Position numbers and translations under genes: made by a program. The notes beneath the pieces are model-generated. The model worked only from the letters and a program-made list of their open reading frames with translations. It was not told the origin of the DNA and made no database searches. A stretch of 64,000 nt of DNA, from NCBI GenBank assembly GCA_015064505.1, contig SVSB01000001.1:56826-120825 (forward strand), in the 5' to 3' direction. Positions 45,794 through 56,574 of the stretch are shown here, piece by piece (position 1 is the stretch's first letter; each line of letters opens with the position of its first letter). The DNA comes from Oscillospiraceae bacterium (GTDB lineage Bacteria > Bacillota > Clostridia > Oscillospirales > CAG-272).

Positions 45794-48700
45794 TTATTTG
45801 GGCGTTGAGTAGGTGGGTGAATCGTACCACACCTCCGACATATGCGTTGCCTCCGAATAATTATGCCAGGTCTTGCCGCCGTCAAAGGTCATATATACGG
45901 TCTCAAGCCCTGCGTAGCTGCTAAAGCTCCATATACCGAAATCCCCCGTGAAATACGGCATACTTACGCCCGATTCAAAAAGGCGGGAGCTTAAGGTAAA
46001 GCCGCCATCCGTTTTCTTGCCGTCTATAAAGGTAGTAACCGTATATCGGACGTCATTATCGATAAACTCGGTGGTCACGCGGTATTCAACGCCTCCGAAT
46101 ACCATTCCGTAGCTTCCGCCGCGCTCCGTCTTATCAAGGAGAGAAAAGGTCTTGCCGCCGTCTATGGAATAGTATTCATAATATTCCTTACTTTTATCCT
46201 CTGCAGTTTTAAAGCAAACCACGGAAAGCTCGTTTTCCCCGTACCACGTTACGTTATCTATCTCATAGTCGAACACGCGGGTAAGGAAGGTATCTCCCAT
46301 ATCGCGGCTTATAATAAGAGCGCGGCCGTCAAAGAGCCAGGTCAGCGGTTCGGAAACGTAGTAATCAAAGCGCCGGTTGTAGTAAAGATCAAAAGCAAGC
46401 ACCTCTCCGCTCTCGCTTTTCACCTCGTTTGGAAGCTCTACGATCTTTGAATAGTTGTTGTAGCTGAGGTAGTTATGCTTTCTGTCGTTCTCCCATACGG
46501 AGGACAGCTTATGAGCGCTGCCCGTTATTCCTCTATACAGCGGAACTCCCGTATTATCCTCAAAACCAAGAATAGCGTTAAACAGATTCGCGTATACGCT
46601 TTTTCCGTTTTCATAACGGGCATTCCCGCTGTACCACGCAAGTCTGTTAAGGACCACGTTTTCAACGCCCTCAACGGTGACCTCATCCCCGTCAAAGGTA
46701 AAGGTCCTTCCCTCAAAAACGCGCTCCGACTTATTTCCGTACACCTTGATCTCTCTGACCTCGGCATCCGCATCGGCAGGATCGAATATCTGCCAGCTCA
46801 TGCCGCCGTCAAAGCTGATAAAGTAAACGTAAAACCCGATGAACACGCCGTTTTCGTCCCTTTGGGACTCAAAGGTGCATTTTCTGCGGCAGAAGCCTAT
46901 ATCTCCGTCAAAATACACCTTATCTATTGTAAAGCGGTTCTTGCCGTTATCGGTACGCAAGATATGCTCCGCCTCGTAAAAGTTTTCGGGGTACACGCGG
47001 GTCATATACTCAAAGCCCTCCCCTTCAAAGAAGCCGTAGTTCATATACCGCGCTTCGTCTAACACAGTAGGAAGATTTATGGCTATGACCGCATTATCGC
47101 TTGGGCGCTTTACGCAGTGATTCAGATTAACGTTTGACTCAAACGTAAGTCCTCCGTCCACTGTTATCCTAAGATTGACGATGCGCATTCCCGCGGCGTA
47201 CGTAACACCGGTATTATAAAAACCCACCAGATCGCTTACGAACTTTATTGAGGGGGAAGTGCCTATGCAAAGCTCGCCGCCGTTATGCACGATAATACCC
47301 TTTGAGGTAATATACCCCTTGCCTGCGGTGTTATCTATGCACTCCACCACGCAGTAGGAGGTGCTGTAAGAAACGCGCTCGGTCCATACCTCGCCTATCT
47401 CTATCCCCTCCTCAACGAAGGGGTTTTTTTGCCAATTCATACTTTTGTCAAGAACGAGGTCGGGAGATCCGTCGCCGTAGGAAAGGCAAAGCTTACCCTC
47501 TGAATTTACGTAAAAGCCGCCTTTTTCTTCAGGGGCTTCATACGCGGGCTCTACCTCACTGCGGCTTGCGTAAAACCTCATGCCTCGCTCGTCCTCGTAA
47601 GCAAGATAAACGCCGTCTGCGGGGAATCTGACGGTATCACTGCCCTTTACGTGGTAGTATCCGTCATCCCCAAGATAAATACGCTCGTCCGCTTCCCTAT
47701 CGGTGATCTTTGCAAGCTTTGCGGAATCCTGCATATTTGCGGACATTCTGCCCTCAAGGCAGGCAAGGCTTGAAAGCTCCGTGAGCTTTGCGCCCTTAAC
47801 TATGTCAAGGTCACCCTCAAAGCCGAGGAAGGCGTATTTTTCTATCTTTTTTACCGTGGACGGCAGAACAAGAGTGCCGATGCTTGCATTCTTGAATGCA
47901 CCCTCACAAAGGGTGGTGATGCCCTCGGGCAAAATCAGCGTGCCGATCTTTGCTCCGCAGAATGCGTATTCGGGTATGGCTTCCGCGGTACCCGTCAGCG
48001 TAAGCACATCCACCTCCCAGGAGCTGCAGAAGAAGCTTTCAAGCTCCGAGGCGGAAAGAAATACGTCACAGCCGCCGCTGATATCCACTTTTTCTATATC
48101 CGCGCCCTCGGGGAAACGGGCAACCACCGCGGGGGAGAGATCTGCCCACACGCCGGTAAATTCCTCAAAAATATATTCCGTTTCGTTCGGCTTATAGCCG
48201 TATTCTATCTTTTTACCCGAAAGGGGGATGGGGGTCTTGATCACGCTTTTATATACCTTATTCGCCGCGTAGGTAAGCTCCGAAAATCCGCCGCCAAGCT
48301 CCACCTCCGCGGTTTTTGCAAAGGCGTTATTTCCTATAAAGGTAACGGAATCGGGGATCTTGACGTTTTTGAAGGCGCAGTAATCGAAGGCGTATTCTCC
48401 GATATATTCAACGCCCTCGGAAATATGAATATTCTTAAGATTTTTGCAATAATAGAAGCAGCGCTTCTCTATTCTCTTTACCGTTGCGGGAATGGCAACC
48501 TCTTCCACAAGATAGCTGTTCCATTCGCGGAACGCATCCTCCCCAAGCACGGTTACGGGGTGGCCGTCTACGGTTTCGGGGATGATGACCCTTTTGGGAG
48601 CGCCCACGTACTTTAAGATGGTTGCGCTGCCGTCGGGATTTACTATATAGTCAAAATCCGCCTCGGTAACGTCCATATCAACGGGAAGCTTTACCTCCTC

Positions 48701-49561
48701 GAACACGCAGGTGACGGTAACGCCCTTTTCAAGGCTTTTTACCACCGCCTCGTACTCTTTGGGGTATTTTTCAAAGCTGTATTCGTAATAAGCAAGCCAG
48801 GCGTAGCTGCGCATCCCCACGGGCACCTCGCGGTTTATCCTGCAATATGTGTAGGTAAAGCCGTTTTCCGATATTTTCTCGGAGGGCTCGGAGCGCCACG
48901 TTCTCATGCCGTTTTCCGTTGTTTCCGTTCCGCCGTTATCGCTCCAATACCCAGGGCGGTTAGACTTCGGGTAAAGATATGCGTTCTCCACGCCTCCGTA
49001 CACCACGTTCAAAACGTTGAGCGCTTCCACGTCAAACAATGGCAGACGGAGCAGAGTCTTTTCCCCGTTCTTTAAGGTGAACACACCGTAATCCACCTGG
49101 TATTTGTCAGAAAAGCGGTACTTTTCCACCACAAAGGAATGGGGCGCGTAAACGGTTATATCCGCTACGTATTTGTCTATATACGGTTCTAATTTTTCGT
49201 CGTAGTTTTTGTTTTTTCCCCGAACGCCCTTAAGGGTATAGCCGGTTGCCTCCAGCGCCTCAAGGATACCCTGCTCCGTGGGGTCCTCCGTAACGGGCTC
49301 GGTTTTCGGCGCTTCCGTGACGGGATCGGTTATCGGCTCCGTCTTCGGAGCTTCGGTTATCGGTTCCGTTTTCGGTGATTCCGTTACGGGGTCGGTTACG
49401 GGCTCCGTTTTGGGAGCTTCCGTAACGGGATCCGTTACGGGAGCAACGGTAGTGATCCCGTCCGTGATATCCTCCGTAACGGCGGGAGTGCCGTTATTGC
49501 ACGAAGCAAGCAGGCAGATAAGGGCAATATACGCCGCTATAACGGTGATTTTTCTGTTCAT
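45794..49561 (-). CDS. Lipoprotein with Pro/Thr linker, BspA-type leucine-rich repeats and Asp-box (BNR) motifs
   Basis: Lipobox LASC; IP.TV..I...AF repeats; TVDGGLTF, SFDGGMSW, SRDMGDTF, SIDGGKTF, TFDGGKTW. Confidence 0.82.
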   Translation of the reverse strand: MNRKITVIAAYIALICLLASCNNGTPAVTEDITDGITTVAPVTDPVTEAPKTEPVTDPVTESPKTEPITEAPKTEPITDPVTEAPKTEPVTEDPTEQGILEALEATGYTLKGVRGKNKNYDEKLEPYIDKYVADITVYAPHSFVVEKYRFSDKYQVDYGVFTLKNGEKTLLRLPLFDVEALNVLNVVYGGVENAYLYPKSNRPGYWSDNGGTETTENGMRTWRSEPSEKISENGFTYTYCRINREVPVGMRSYAWLAYYEYSFEKYPKEYEAVVKSLEKGVTVTCVFEEVKLPVDMDVTEADFDYIVNPDGSATILKYVGAPKRVIIPETVDGHPVTVLGEDAFREWNSYLVEEVAIPATVKRIEKRCFYYCKNLKNIHISEGVEYIGEYAFDYCAFKNVKIPDSVTFIGNNAFAKTAEVELGGGFSELTYAANKVYKSVIKTPIPLSGKKIEYGYKPNETEYIFEEFTGVWADLSPAVVARFPEGADIEKVDISGGCDVFLSASELESFFCSSWEVDVLTLTGTAEAIPEYAFCGAKIGTLILPEGITTLCEGAFKNASIGTLVLPSTVKKIEKYAFLGFEGDLDIVKGAKLTELSSLACLEGRMSANMQDSAKLAKITDREADERIYLGDDGYYHVKGSDTVRFPADGVYLAYEDERGMRFYASRSEVEPAYEAPEEKGGFYVNSEGKLCLSYGDGSPDLVLDKSMNWQKNPFVEEGIEIGEVWTERVSYSTSYCVVECIDNTAGKGYITSKGIIVHNGGELCIGTSPSIKFVSDLVGFYNTGVTYAAGMRIVNLRITVDGGLTFESNVNLNHCVKRPSDNAVIAINLPTVLDEARYMNYGFFEGEGFEYMTRVYPENFYEAEHILRTDNGKNRFTIDKVYFDGDIGFCRRKCTFESQRDENGVFIGFYVYFISFDGGMSWQIFDPADADAEVREIKVYGNKSERVFEGRTFTFDGDEVTVEGVENVVLNRLAWYSGNARYENGKSVYANLFNAILGFEDNTGVPLYRGITGSAHKLSSVWENDRKHNYLSYNNYSKIVELPNEVKSESGEVLAFDLYYNRRFDYYVSEPLTWLFDGRALIISRDMGDTFLTRVFDYEIDNVTWYGENELSVVCFKTAEDKSKEYYEYYSIDGGKTFSLLDKTERGGSYGMVFGGVEYRVTTEFIDNDVRYTVTTFIDGKKTDGGFTLSSRLFESGVSMPYFTGDFGIWSFSSYAGLETVYMTFDGGKTWHNYSEATHMSEVWYDSPTYSTPK
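49277..49441 (-). repeat. Coding tandem repeat (EAPKTEPVTDPVT)n
   Basis: About four degenerate 27-39-bp units in the linker. Confidence 0.75.
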
Positions 49562-49579
49562 AAGCTTCCTCCAAGGTCT

Positions 49580-52288
49580 TTACCAGCTCCAGTCCGTATA
49601 CTTGGTACCGAGAGCCTTCTCCTCATAGATCTTAACCAGCTTGCCGTCACGCACCTCAAAGCCCGTGGTTGCAACACCCTGCAGATATATCTCGTCCCCC
49701 GCATACTGCTTAAGTATCTTGTGCAGATTCTTTTGCAGCGTATCGCGGGTGAGTCTGCCGTCGGGTCCGGGAACGAATACCGTTTTTGCACGGGCAGTGG
49801 TATATACGGTGCCGATATCGTTAAGCAGGTGGTGTGCGGTCTGCACGGCAGTCATATCCCTTATAACGTCCCGCTGGTTCTTGATGATAACGTTCATTGC
49901 GGGCTTGTTGATATCGCCCGTTATAAGTATCTGTGCGCCGTCAAAGCGCAGAATAAAGGTGGAGCAGGTATTATTGAAATCGCCGTCTATCAGGCTTTCC
50001 GCCGTTCTCACGTTGGTAAGATCCTCGTGAGTATAGACCATCTCCATCTCCACCTCGCCGATATTAAGTATCTCGCCCGTATGCATCTTGTAATACTTTA
50101 TATTATTGACGGGGGTAGCTTTGGGAAGATAGGTAAAGAGCTTTTCGTAATCGTTTCTGAAGGTGACTATAGTGCCGTTCGTGCTGTAAACGGACGGCAT
50201 ATTGCTTATCATTCTTTCTATTACGAAGCGGCTGCCGTATCTGTTGAAAAACAGGCAAAGACCGCTGAGGTGATCCTGATGACCGTGGGTTATTATCCAT
50301 GCGGAAACGCGTATTTTTTCGGCAGAGGAAACGCCCGTGATCTCCTGAAGCAATTTCATCAGATTTGCGCTTTCCGTTGCATCGAAATGCTGATAAGAGC
50401 CGCCATCCAGCAGAATGACCGAATTATCCGCAAGCTTTATTATATAAAGCATTCCGTAGCCCTTATTGGAGGAAAGTCCGTACTGATAGAATTCCGTGGT
50501 CTCTCCGGATTTTTTCGTGTAGGTATAGCCGAATTCCTCTGCGGAAACGCTTGGAGCAAGCTCCTCCACCACTCTTGCGGTCTTTTCCGCACCGAAATAG
50601 TAGGCGTATACGCGCTTGCCCTTATTTGCCCCTTCCGTAAATCGGTAGGAGGCGTAAAGGTTTTTGCCCGATTCACGGTAAGATTCACGTTTAAGGGCGG
50701 GGGTGGCATCCAGCCTTTCAAGATAATCGGCAAACTCCTCTTCGTCCGTTGAGGAGATTATCTGCATTCTGCTGTCCTTTTCATAGGGGAAATTTCCATC
50801 CAAAGCGCTTGCGCCCGCCATATAGAGCTTTTCGGAATAAGAGCCTGCACCGTACTCGGGCGCAAGGGAAAGAAGCCACTCTCTCTCAATGGAAGAGCTG
50901 TAGGAGATGCCGCAAAGAACGCAGACCGCCTCGCCGTTTCTTTCCGTATAGCTGTGGCATCTTGCTCCGTTAAGATAAGGCACGGCGTCTGCGGCGGGCT
51001 CGTCACCCGTACCCGTCCAGATCTTGATATTATCAATATATCCGTTCTGCTTGCCGCCGACCTTAAGAACTACGGCTCCGCCGCCGAATTCGTTATCGGG
51101 CAGTACGTTTGCCTTGCCGCCCGCCTTTATCTCGGAGATCGCAATCCACTTGCCCGAGTTTGCGTAACCGGAGCTGTTTATGCGCACGTAGGCACAAACA
51201 CCCTTCTCCGCATCCACGGTGTATCTCACGGAAAGATCAATGCCGGAAAGGAGCTGAGTTCCGTCGTAATACTTATTAAGCAGTAAGTATGCCGCACTTG
51301 CTTTGGAGGTCTTTGAGGTGCTGTTTCCCTTAACGGAATAGCTTGCATCCTCGTAATTATACCACTTACCCGCAAGGTAATACTGATTGTTGGCGTAGCC
51401 GCCGTTGCGCAGGTGGAAGGAATTGAAGAACGCCCCGCCGTAATCGGTAATGATATTGATATAGCGGGAATTTGAAGAAGCTTCCGTATACTTCAGATCG
51501 TACTGTACCGTATAGCTTCCATCGGAAAAATACTTGAACTTTTCTCCGGGGATCAGGGTGTAATAGCAATCGCCCGCATCGGAAATATCGGGAGAATTAT
51601 TGGTTATATAGAGAGCCTTACCGCCGTAATATTCCTTAAGGGAAAGCTTTGCGGTGGCATTGGTGGGAGCGCCCTGAGCCTTGTTGAACTTCTTCCATCC
51701 CAGCTTTGCAAAAAGGTCGGATTCGTTCTTGGCTTCTATACCGTCAAAATTCTCGTAATAAAGGAGGGTTCCGTCCTTGGGCGCTTCAACAAGCTCCGGC
51801 AAGGGCACAGTGGTCTCGGGGGCTTCCGTGGTTACGGGCGCAACCGTAGTTTCGGGCACAGCCGTAGTCTCGGGTGCAGCCGTTGTTTCGGGTGCAGCCG
51901 TTGTTTCGGGTGCAGCCGTTGTTTCGGGTGCAGCCGTTGTTTCGGGGGCAGCCGTAGTTTCGGGTGCAGCCGTTGTTTCGGGAGCAACCGTTGTTTCGGG
52001 CGCAGCCGTTGTTTCGGGCGTAGCCGTTGTTTCGGGAGCAGCCGTAGTTTCGGGTGCAGCAGTGGTTTCGGGCACAACCGTGGTTTCGGGCGCAGCCGTT
52101 GTTTCGGGCACAGCCGTTGTTTCGGGCGCAGCCGTGGTTTCGGGCGCAACCGTGGTTTCGGGGATAATTACCGTATCCGCGACCGTGGTATCTTCAATTA
52201 CGGGAGGCGTGGGATCGGCACAGGATACAAGGAACAAAAGCTGTACCGCACAAAGAAGTGCCGCAATTATTCTTACCGTGTTTTTCAT
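49580..52288 (-). CDS. Lipoprotein with (PETTAA)n stalk and C-terminal MBL-fold (ComEC/Pce-like) hydrolase domain
   Basis: GGAGG RBS; lipobox LVSC; LLDGG, ITHGHQDH, NNTC, ITGD, AHH. Confidence 0.83.
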   Translation of the reverse strand: MKNTVRIIAALLCAVQLLFLVSCADPTPPVIEDTTVADTVIIPETTVAPETTAAPETTAVPETTAAPETTVVPETTAAPETTAAPETTATPETTAAPETTVAPETTAAPETTAAPETTAAPETTAAPETTAAPETTAAPETTAVPETTVAPVTTEAPETTVPLPELVEAPKDGTLLYYENFDGIEAKNESDLFAKLGWKKFNKAQGAPTNATAKLSLKEYYGGKALYITNNSPDISDAGDCYYTLIPGEKFKYFSDGSYTVQYDLKYTEASSNSRYINIITDYGGAFFNSFHLRNGGYANNQYYLAGKWYNYEDASYSVKGNSTSKTSKASAAYLLLNKYYDGTQLLSGIDLSVRYTVDAEKGVCAYVRINSSGYANSGKWIAISEIKAGGKANVLPDNEFGGGAVVLKVGGKQNGYIDNIKIWTGTGDEPAADAVPYLNGARCHSYTERNGEAVCVLCGISYSSSIEREWLLSLAPEYGAGSYSEKLYMAGASALDGNFPYEKDSRMQIISSTDEEEFADYLERLDATPALKRESYRESGKNLYASYRFTEGANKGKRVYAYYFGAEKTARVVEELAPSVSAEEFGYTYTKKSGETTEFYQYGLSSNKGYGMLYIIKLADNSVILLDGGSYQHFDATESANLMKLLQEITGVSSAEKIRVSAWIITHGHQDHLSGLCLFFNRYGSRFVIERMISNMPSVYSTNGTIVTFRNDYEKLFTYLPKATPVNNIKYYKMHTGEILNIGEVEMEMVYTHEDLTNVRTAESLIDGDFNNTCSTFILRFDGAQILITGDINKPAMNVIIKNQRDVIRDMTAVQTAHHLLNDIGTVYTTARAKTVFVPGPDGRLTRDTLQKNLHKILKQYAGDEIYLQGVATTGFEVRDGKLVKIYEEKALGTKYTDWSW
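51803..52162 (-). repeat. Twenty copies of an 18-bp coding tandem repeat (PETTAA)
   Basis: Plus-strand unit (t/c)gcagccgttgtttcggg repeated over 360 bp. Confidence 0.92.
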
Positions 52289-52302
52289 ATTTCCTCCGTA
52301 TA

Positions 52303-53874
52303 TCATTTGTCGTTATACGCGTAAACGATGAAATCGTAGAAAAACTCCGCCTCGGGGTCGATACCGTGGCATTGCTTATACCAGAATTCAAAATAAGAGC
52401 TGTCAAAGGGCAGGATATATCTGTAAAGATTATTATCGGGCATTATGAAGACGAGCTTTTCCGTCTCCCCGGCCTTGAATTTTTCCACGTACTGATCGTT
52501 ATATTCGTATGCGGCGGTATTTTCAAGATACTTATCCGCTCTGAAGGCCATCGCGTAAGTGCCGACGAGGCACAGCACACAGCACAGAACCGCCGCAACT
52601 GCATTACCCGCCTTTTTTTGCGCGATGCGGCAAAGCAGATAAGAGCCCGCACAGCAAATGGGAACGAACAGCAAAAGCGCGGAGCAAAGGCAGGTGCGGG
52701 CACCGATCTCGGGGGAAAGGAGCATTGCAAGCTGCAATACAGCCGCAAGCAAACAAAAGGCGGGCGGGAGAAAATCCCTGTGACCCACGAAGATCACCGC
52801 CATTACCCCAAGGCAGAGCACGCAACAAAGTCCCGTTGCACCAAAGGCCGCGCCCCAAAGCAGTCCGTTTGAGGAATGAACTGAAAGAAGATATACGTAA
52901 AAAGCCGCCGAAGCGTAGCAAAAAGGCGCAACTATAGCGGCGCACACCGCCGTGCGCTTCATATCAAGCTCCCTTGCCTTCAAAAGCAGATAGGTGGGCA
53001 ACAGAAGAAGGAGTGCAACGTAAAGCACGGTGCTTCCCTTTTCCCCGATATTGTAATTCACAACTACGCTTACGTTTCCAAGCACTCTTTCAAGGAGAGG
53101 ACGGGCGTAGAAATCGGGGTAATATCCCGTTCTTTCGCTGTTACCGGGGGCAAGGTAAAGAATACCGAAGCACACGAGCCCCACCGCAAAGCAGATGGCA
53201 AACAAGCGCACCAGGCGCGTTTTTTCCGTCTTTTCTCTCTTTTCAAGGGCGGAGCGCATCAAAAAATAAAAGCACACCGCAAGAAAGCCTGCACTTGCCT
53301 GCTCCGTGGACTGTCCCACAAGCACGCCGCAGGCAACGAGAAACACCGCAAGCCTGCCGCCAAATCCCCTCTCGTACACCGCAAGCGCGTAATAAGTAAA
53401 CGCCAAAAGCACTGCCATAGGGAACAGATAGTTCACCGAGCCCGTTGCCCAATAGACCGTGCCCTTGAGCATTTCAAGGGGGAGAGTGGCGAACAAAAAG
53501 CAGGCAATAACCAACGAAACGCCGAAGCGCCCGTTCATAAAACCGTTTTTATGAGCGCTTGCGGCAATGGCGGCGGCAAAGAACACCGCAACGCCTATCA
53601 TTATCATATCCGCTATTCCGAACAGGGTAAGACTCTTGTCTGCAAGCAATAATTCCACAAAGAGGTGAACGAGCACACGCCCGTTCACCTCTTTGAAATG
53701 CCTTATGTTTTCAGACAGAAAATACTCGGAAGAGCGCACAAAGGTAGCATAGTAGTAATCGTCGCCAAACAGAGGCAGAGCAAAAACCACCAGCGCCTGA
53801 AGGCACAGAAACAGTGCAAAAAAGCCGAAGCACAGCCTTATCGCCATATTTTTCGTGCCGAATATTTTCTTCAT
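52303..53874 (-). CDS. DUF6056-like polytopic membrane protein (putative GT-C glycosyltransferase)
   Basis: P..GDDY after TM1, NGR, W..GSVNY, E, APGN..R; more than 10 TM helices. Confidence 0.7.
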   Translation of the reverse strand: MKKIFGTKNMAIRLCFGFFALFLCLQALVVFALPLFGDDYYYATFVRSSEYFLSENIRHFKEVNGRVLVHLFVELLLADKSLTLFGIADMIMIGVAVFFAAAIAASAHKNGFMNGRFGVSLVIACFLFATLPLEMLKGTVYWATGSVNYLFPMAVLLAFTYYALAVYERGFGGRLAVFLVACGVLVGQSTEQASAGFLAVCFYFLMRSALEKREKTEKTRLVRLFAICFAVGLVCFGILYLAPGNSERTGYYPDFYARPLLERVLGNVSVVVNYNIGEKGSTVLYVALLLLLPTYLLLKARELDMKRTAVCAAIVAPFCYASAAFYVYLLSVHSSNGLLWGAAFGATGLCCVLCLGVMAVIFVGHRDFLPPAFCLLAAVLQLAMLLSPEIGARTCLCSALLLFVPICCAGSYLLCRIAQKKAGNAVAAVLCCVLCLVGTYAMAFRADKYLENTAAYEYNDQYVEKFKAGETEKLVFIMPDNNLYRYILPFDSSYFEFWYKQCHGIDPEAEFFYDFIVYAYNDK

Positions 53875-53886
53875 ATTACGTCTCCG

Positions 53887-55992
53887 TCAATGGGGTATTT
53901 CACCGTCGTCCTCGCCGCCGTTTTCTTCGGGTTTTTCGCCCTCGGCGTCCGCGTCTGCCGCATTGGGATCGGCATCGCCTTCCCCGGTGCTGTCACCGCT
54001 TTCAGCCGCCGCCTTTTCTGCGGCTTCCTTTGCAGCCTTTTCTTCCTCAATGATCTTGCGGCGTCTTTCGTTCTCCTCCTCGCTGCGGCGGCGCTTTTCC
54101 TCGGTCATCGCCTCCAGCTCCTCAAAGGTAACGTCATTTTCCATAGCGGCCTTGAACTGCTCCTCGTCCATTACCTCGTTCTTTACGAGGAACTCGGCAA
54201 TAAAGTCAAGCTTTGCTCTGTCCGCACGGAGGATCTCCTCCGCCATTTTATAAGCCTCCTCAACGATGCGCTTGATCTCCGCATCGATAAGAGAAGCGGT
54301 CTCCTCTGAATAATTGCGGTCGTTTGAGAAATCTCTGCCAAGGAATACCTCTCCGTCGCTATGCTCGGAGCCGTAAAGAATTGGGCCGAGCTTATCGCTC
54401 ATACCGAAGCGCATAACCATCTTGCGCGCTATCTGGGATGCGCGCTGAATATCGTTGGATGCGCCGCCGGAGATATCGTCAAATACCACCGCCTCCGCAA
54501 CGCGGCCGCCGAGGAGCATGGATATCTCCTCCTGCATTGCCTTACGGTAAACGCTGTACTTATCCTCCGTGGGAGGAGTGAGCGTGTAGCCCAAAGCCCT
54601 GCCGCTGGGAATGATGGAGATAAGGGTTACGGGGTCCTGAGTTTCCATTCTGTACGCAACGATGGCGTGACCCGCCTCGTGGTACGCGGTCTTTCTCTTC
54701 TCCGATTCCTTGATCTGCATGCTCTTCTTGGGAGTGCCGACGATTATCTTGAGGGAAGCCTCCTCGATATCGTTCATACCGATAAGGGCCTTGCGCTTTC
54801 TTGCGGCAATAAGAGCCGCCTCGTTCAGAAGATTTGCAAGATCCGCACCCGTGAAGCCCACGGTGGTCTTTGCGACCTTGGAAAGATCCACGTCTGCCTC
54901 AAAGGGCTTTTTGCGGGCGTGTACCTTAAGAATGTCCTCTCTGCCCTTAAGATCGGGGTAACCCACGGTTACCTGTCTGTCAAAGCGACCGGGACGGAGA
55001 AGTGCAGGGTCAAGTATATCGGGGCGGTTGGTAGCGGCAATAACTATTACCGCATCGTTGCCGTTAAAGCCGTCCATCTCAACGAGCAGCTGGTTAAGTG
55101 TCTGCTCTCTCTCGTCGTGTCCGCCGCCGAGACCCGCGCCGCGGTGGCGACCCACTGCGTCTATCTCGTCTATAAAGATAATGCTTGCGGGATGGCGCTT
55201 TGCGGTCTCAAAGAGATCGCGCACGCGGGAAGCGCCCACACCCACGTACATCTCAACGAAATCGGATCCGGAAATGGAATAGAAGGGTACTTCCGCCTCA
55301 CCTGCAACGGCCTTGGCAAGAAGGGTCTTACCGGTACCGGGAGGGCCCATCAGCAGAACGCCGCGAGGAATCTTTGCGCCAAGCTTCTTGAAGCGCTCGG
55401 GGTCCTTTAAGAACTCCACTACCTCCTCAAGCTCTGCCTTTTCCTCGTCTGCGCCCGCAACGTCCGTAAAGCGGACGCGATTCTTATCGGGGGTATTTAT
55501 TCTGGCTCGGGATTTGCCAAAGCCTCCGATCTTGGAGCCCTTGCCGCCTCCCGAGAGACGCATCATATATACGAACATCGCAACGAATACGATCATAACC
55601 AGCGCATAGGGAAGAATGGTAACCCACCAGCTCTTATTGGTAGGCTCCTCCAGATCGTAATCTTCAATGATGCCGCGGGCCTTCTGGCCGTTCTCGCCGT
55701 AGACCAGCTCCTCCATTACGTGCTTACGGAACAGCTCGTAATCAAGCAGACGGTAAGTGACGGTGCTGTCCTTATCCTTATTATCGGGTGCCGTATCGGA
55801 ACGCACCTTCATAATAAGCTCCGCCTCTTGAGTTACGGTGAAGCTACGGACCTTCTCTTCAGCGAAAAGATCGTATATATCACTGTAAACAAGCTCGTCT
55901 TTTTCCGTGCCGCCAAGTACCGTGGTAACCGTTACAAGCACCACTGCCACCAGCACCACGTACAGGATAAGCGTTTTAAAATTGCTCTTCAT
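53887..55992 (-). CDS. ftsH: ATP-dependent zinc metalloprotease FtsH
   Basis: [29 protein letters not shown]. Confidence 0.97.
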   Translation of the reverse strand: MKSNFKTLILYVVLVAVVLVTVTTVLGGTEKDELVYSDIYDLFAEEKVRSFTVTQEAELIMKVRSDTAPDNKDKDSTVTYRLLDYELFRKHVMEELVYGENGQKARGIIEDYDLEEPTNKSWWVTILPYALVMIVFVAMFVYMMRLSGGGKGSKIGGFGKSRARINTPDKNRVRFTDVAGADEEKAELEEVVEFLKDPERFKKLGAKIPRGVLLMGPPGTGKTLLAKAVAGEAEVPFYSISGSDFVEMYVGVGASRVRDLFETAKRHPASIIFIDEIDAVGRHRGAGLGGGHDEREQTLNQLLVEMDGFNGNDAVIVIAATNRPDILDPALLRPGRFDRQVTVGYPDLKGREDILKVHARKKPFEADVDLSKVAKTTVGFTGADLANLLNEAALIAARKRKALIGMNDIEEASLKIIVGTPKKSMQIKESEKRKTAYHEAGHAIVAYRMETQDPVTLISIIPSGRALGYTLTPPTEDKYSVYRKAMQEEISMLLGGRVAEAVVFDDISGGASNDIQRASQIARKMVMRFGMSDKLGPILYGSEHSDGEVFLGRDFSNDRNYSEETASLIDAEIKRIVEEAYKMAEEILRADRAKLDFIAEFLVKNEVMDEEQFKAAMENDVTFEELEAMTEEKRRRSEEENERRRKIIEEEKAAKEAAEKAAAESGDSTGEGDADPNAADADAEGEKPEENGGEDDGEIPH

Positions 55993-56014
55993 TAACAAAA
56001 ACCATGCCTTTACT

Positions 56015-56563
56015 TTATTTATTGAAAGCGAAATCCGGGATGCCCACGTAGGGGAGCGTGCGGAATTTCTCATCAAAATCAAGACCGTAGCCCACAACGA
56101 AATAGTCGGGCACTTCCTTGCCCACGTAATCGGGGGTGAAGTCCACCTCGCGTCTTGAGGGCTTATCGAGAAGGGTGCAGGTCTTTACGCTGCGTGCGCC
56201 CTTTTCGTAAAGGTGGGATACCACCATCTTAAGAGTTCTGCCGCTGTCTATAATATCCTCGATAACGAGAATATCGCAATTCTCAAGGCCCTCGCGAAGC
56301 ACGTCAAGATGGATATTGAGTTTGCCGGAGGATACCGTGCCCGCTCCGTAAGAGGACACCTTCATAAACTCCAATTCGGCAGGAAGGGATATCTTGCGCA
56401 TAAGATCGCTCATAAAGGGTACCGACCCCTTTAAGATTCCCAGAAGCACGAGATTCTTTCCCTCAAAATCCTTGCTTATTTTTGCCGCAAGCCTCGTGGT
56501 TATTTCGTCTATCTCTTCGCTGCTTACAAGAACGTGACTTACTGCCCCGTTGAATTCTTCCAT
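56015..56563 (-). CDS. hpt: Hypoxanthine phosphoribosyltransferase
   Basis: [27 protein letters not shown]. Confidence 0.96.
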   Translation of the reverse strand: MEEFNGAVSHVLVSSEEIDEITTRLAAKISKDFEGKNLVLLGILKGSVPFMSDLMRKISLPAELEFMKVSSYGAGTVSSGKLNIHLDVLREGLENCDILVIEDIIDSGRTLKMVVSHLYEKGARSVKTCTLLDKPSRREVDFTPDYVGKEVPDYFVVGYGLDFDEKFRTLPYVGIPDFAFNK

Positions 56564-56574
56564 TTTGTCCTCCG

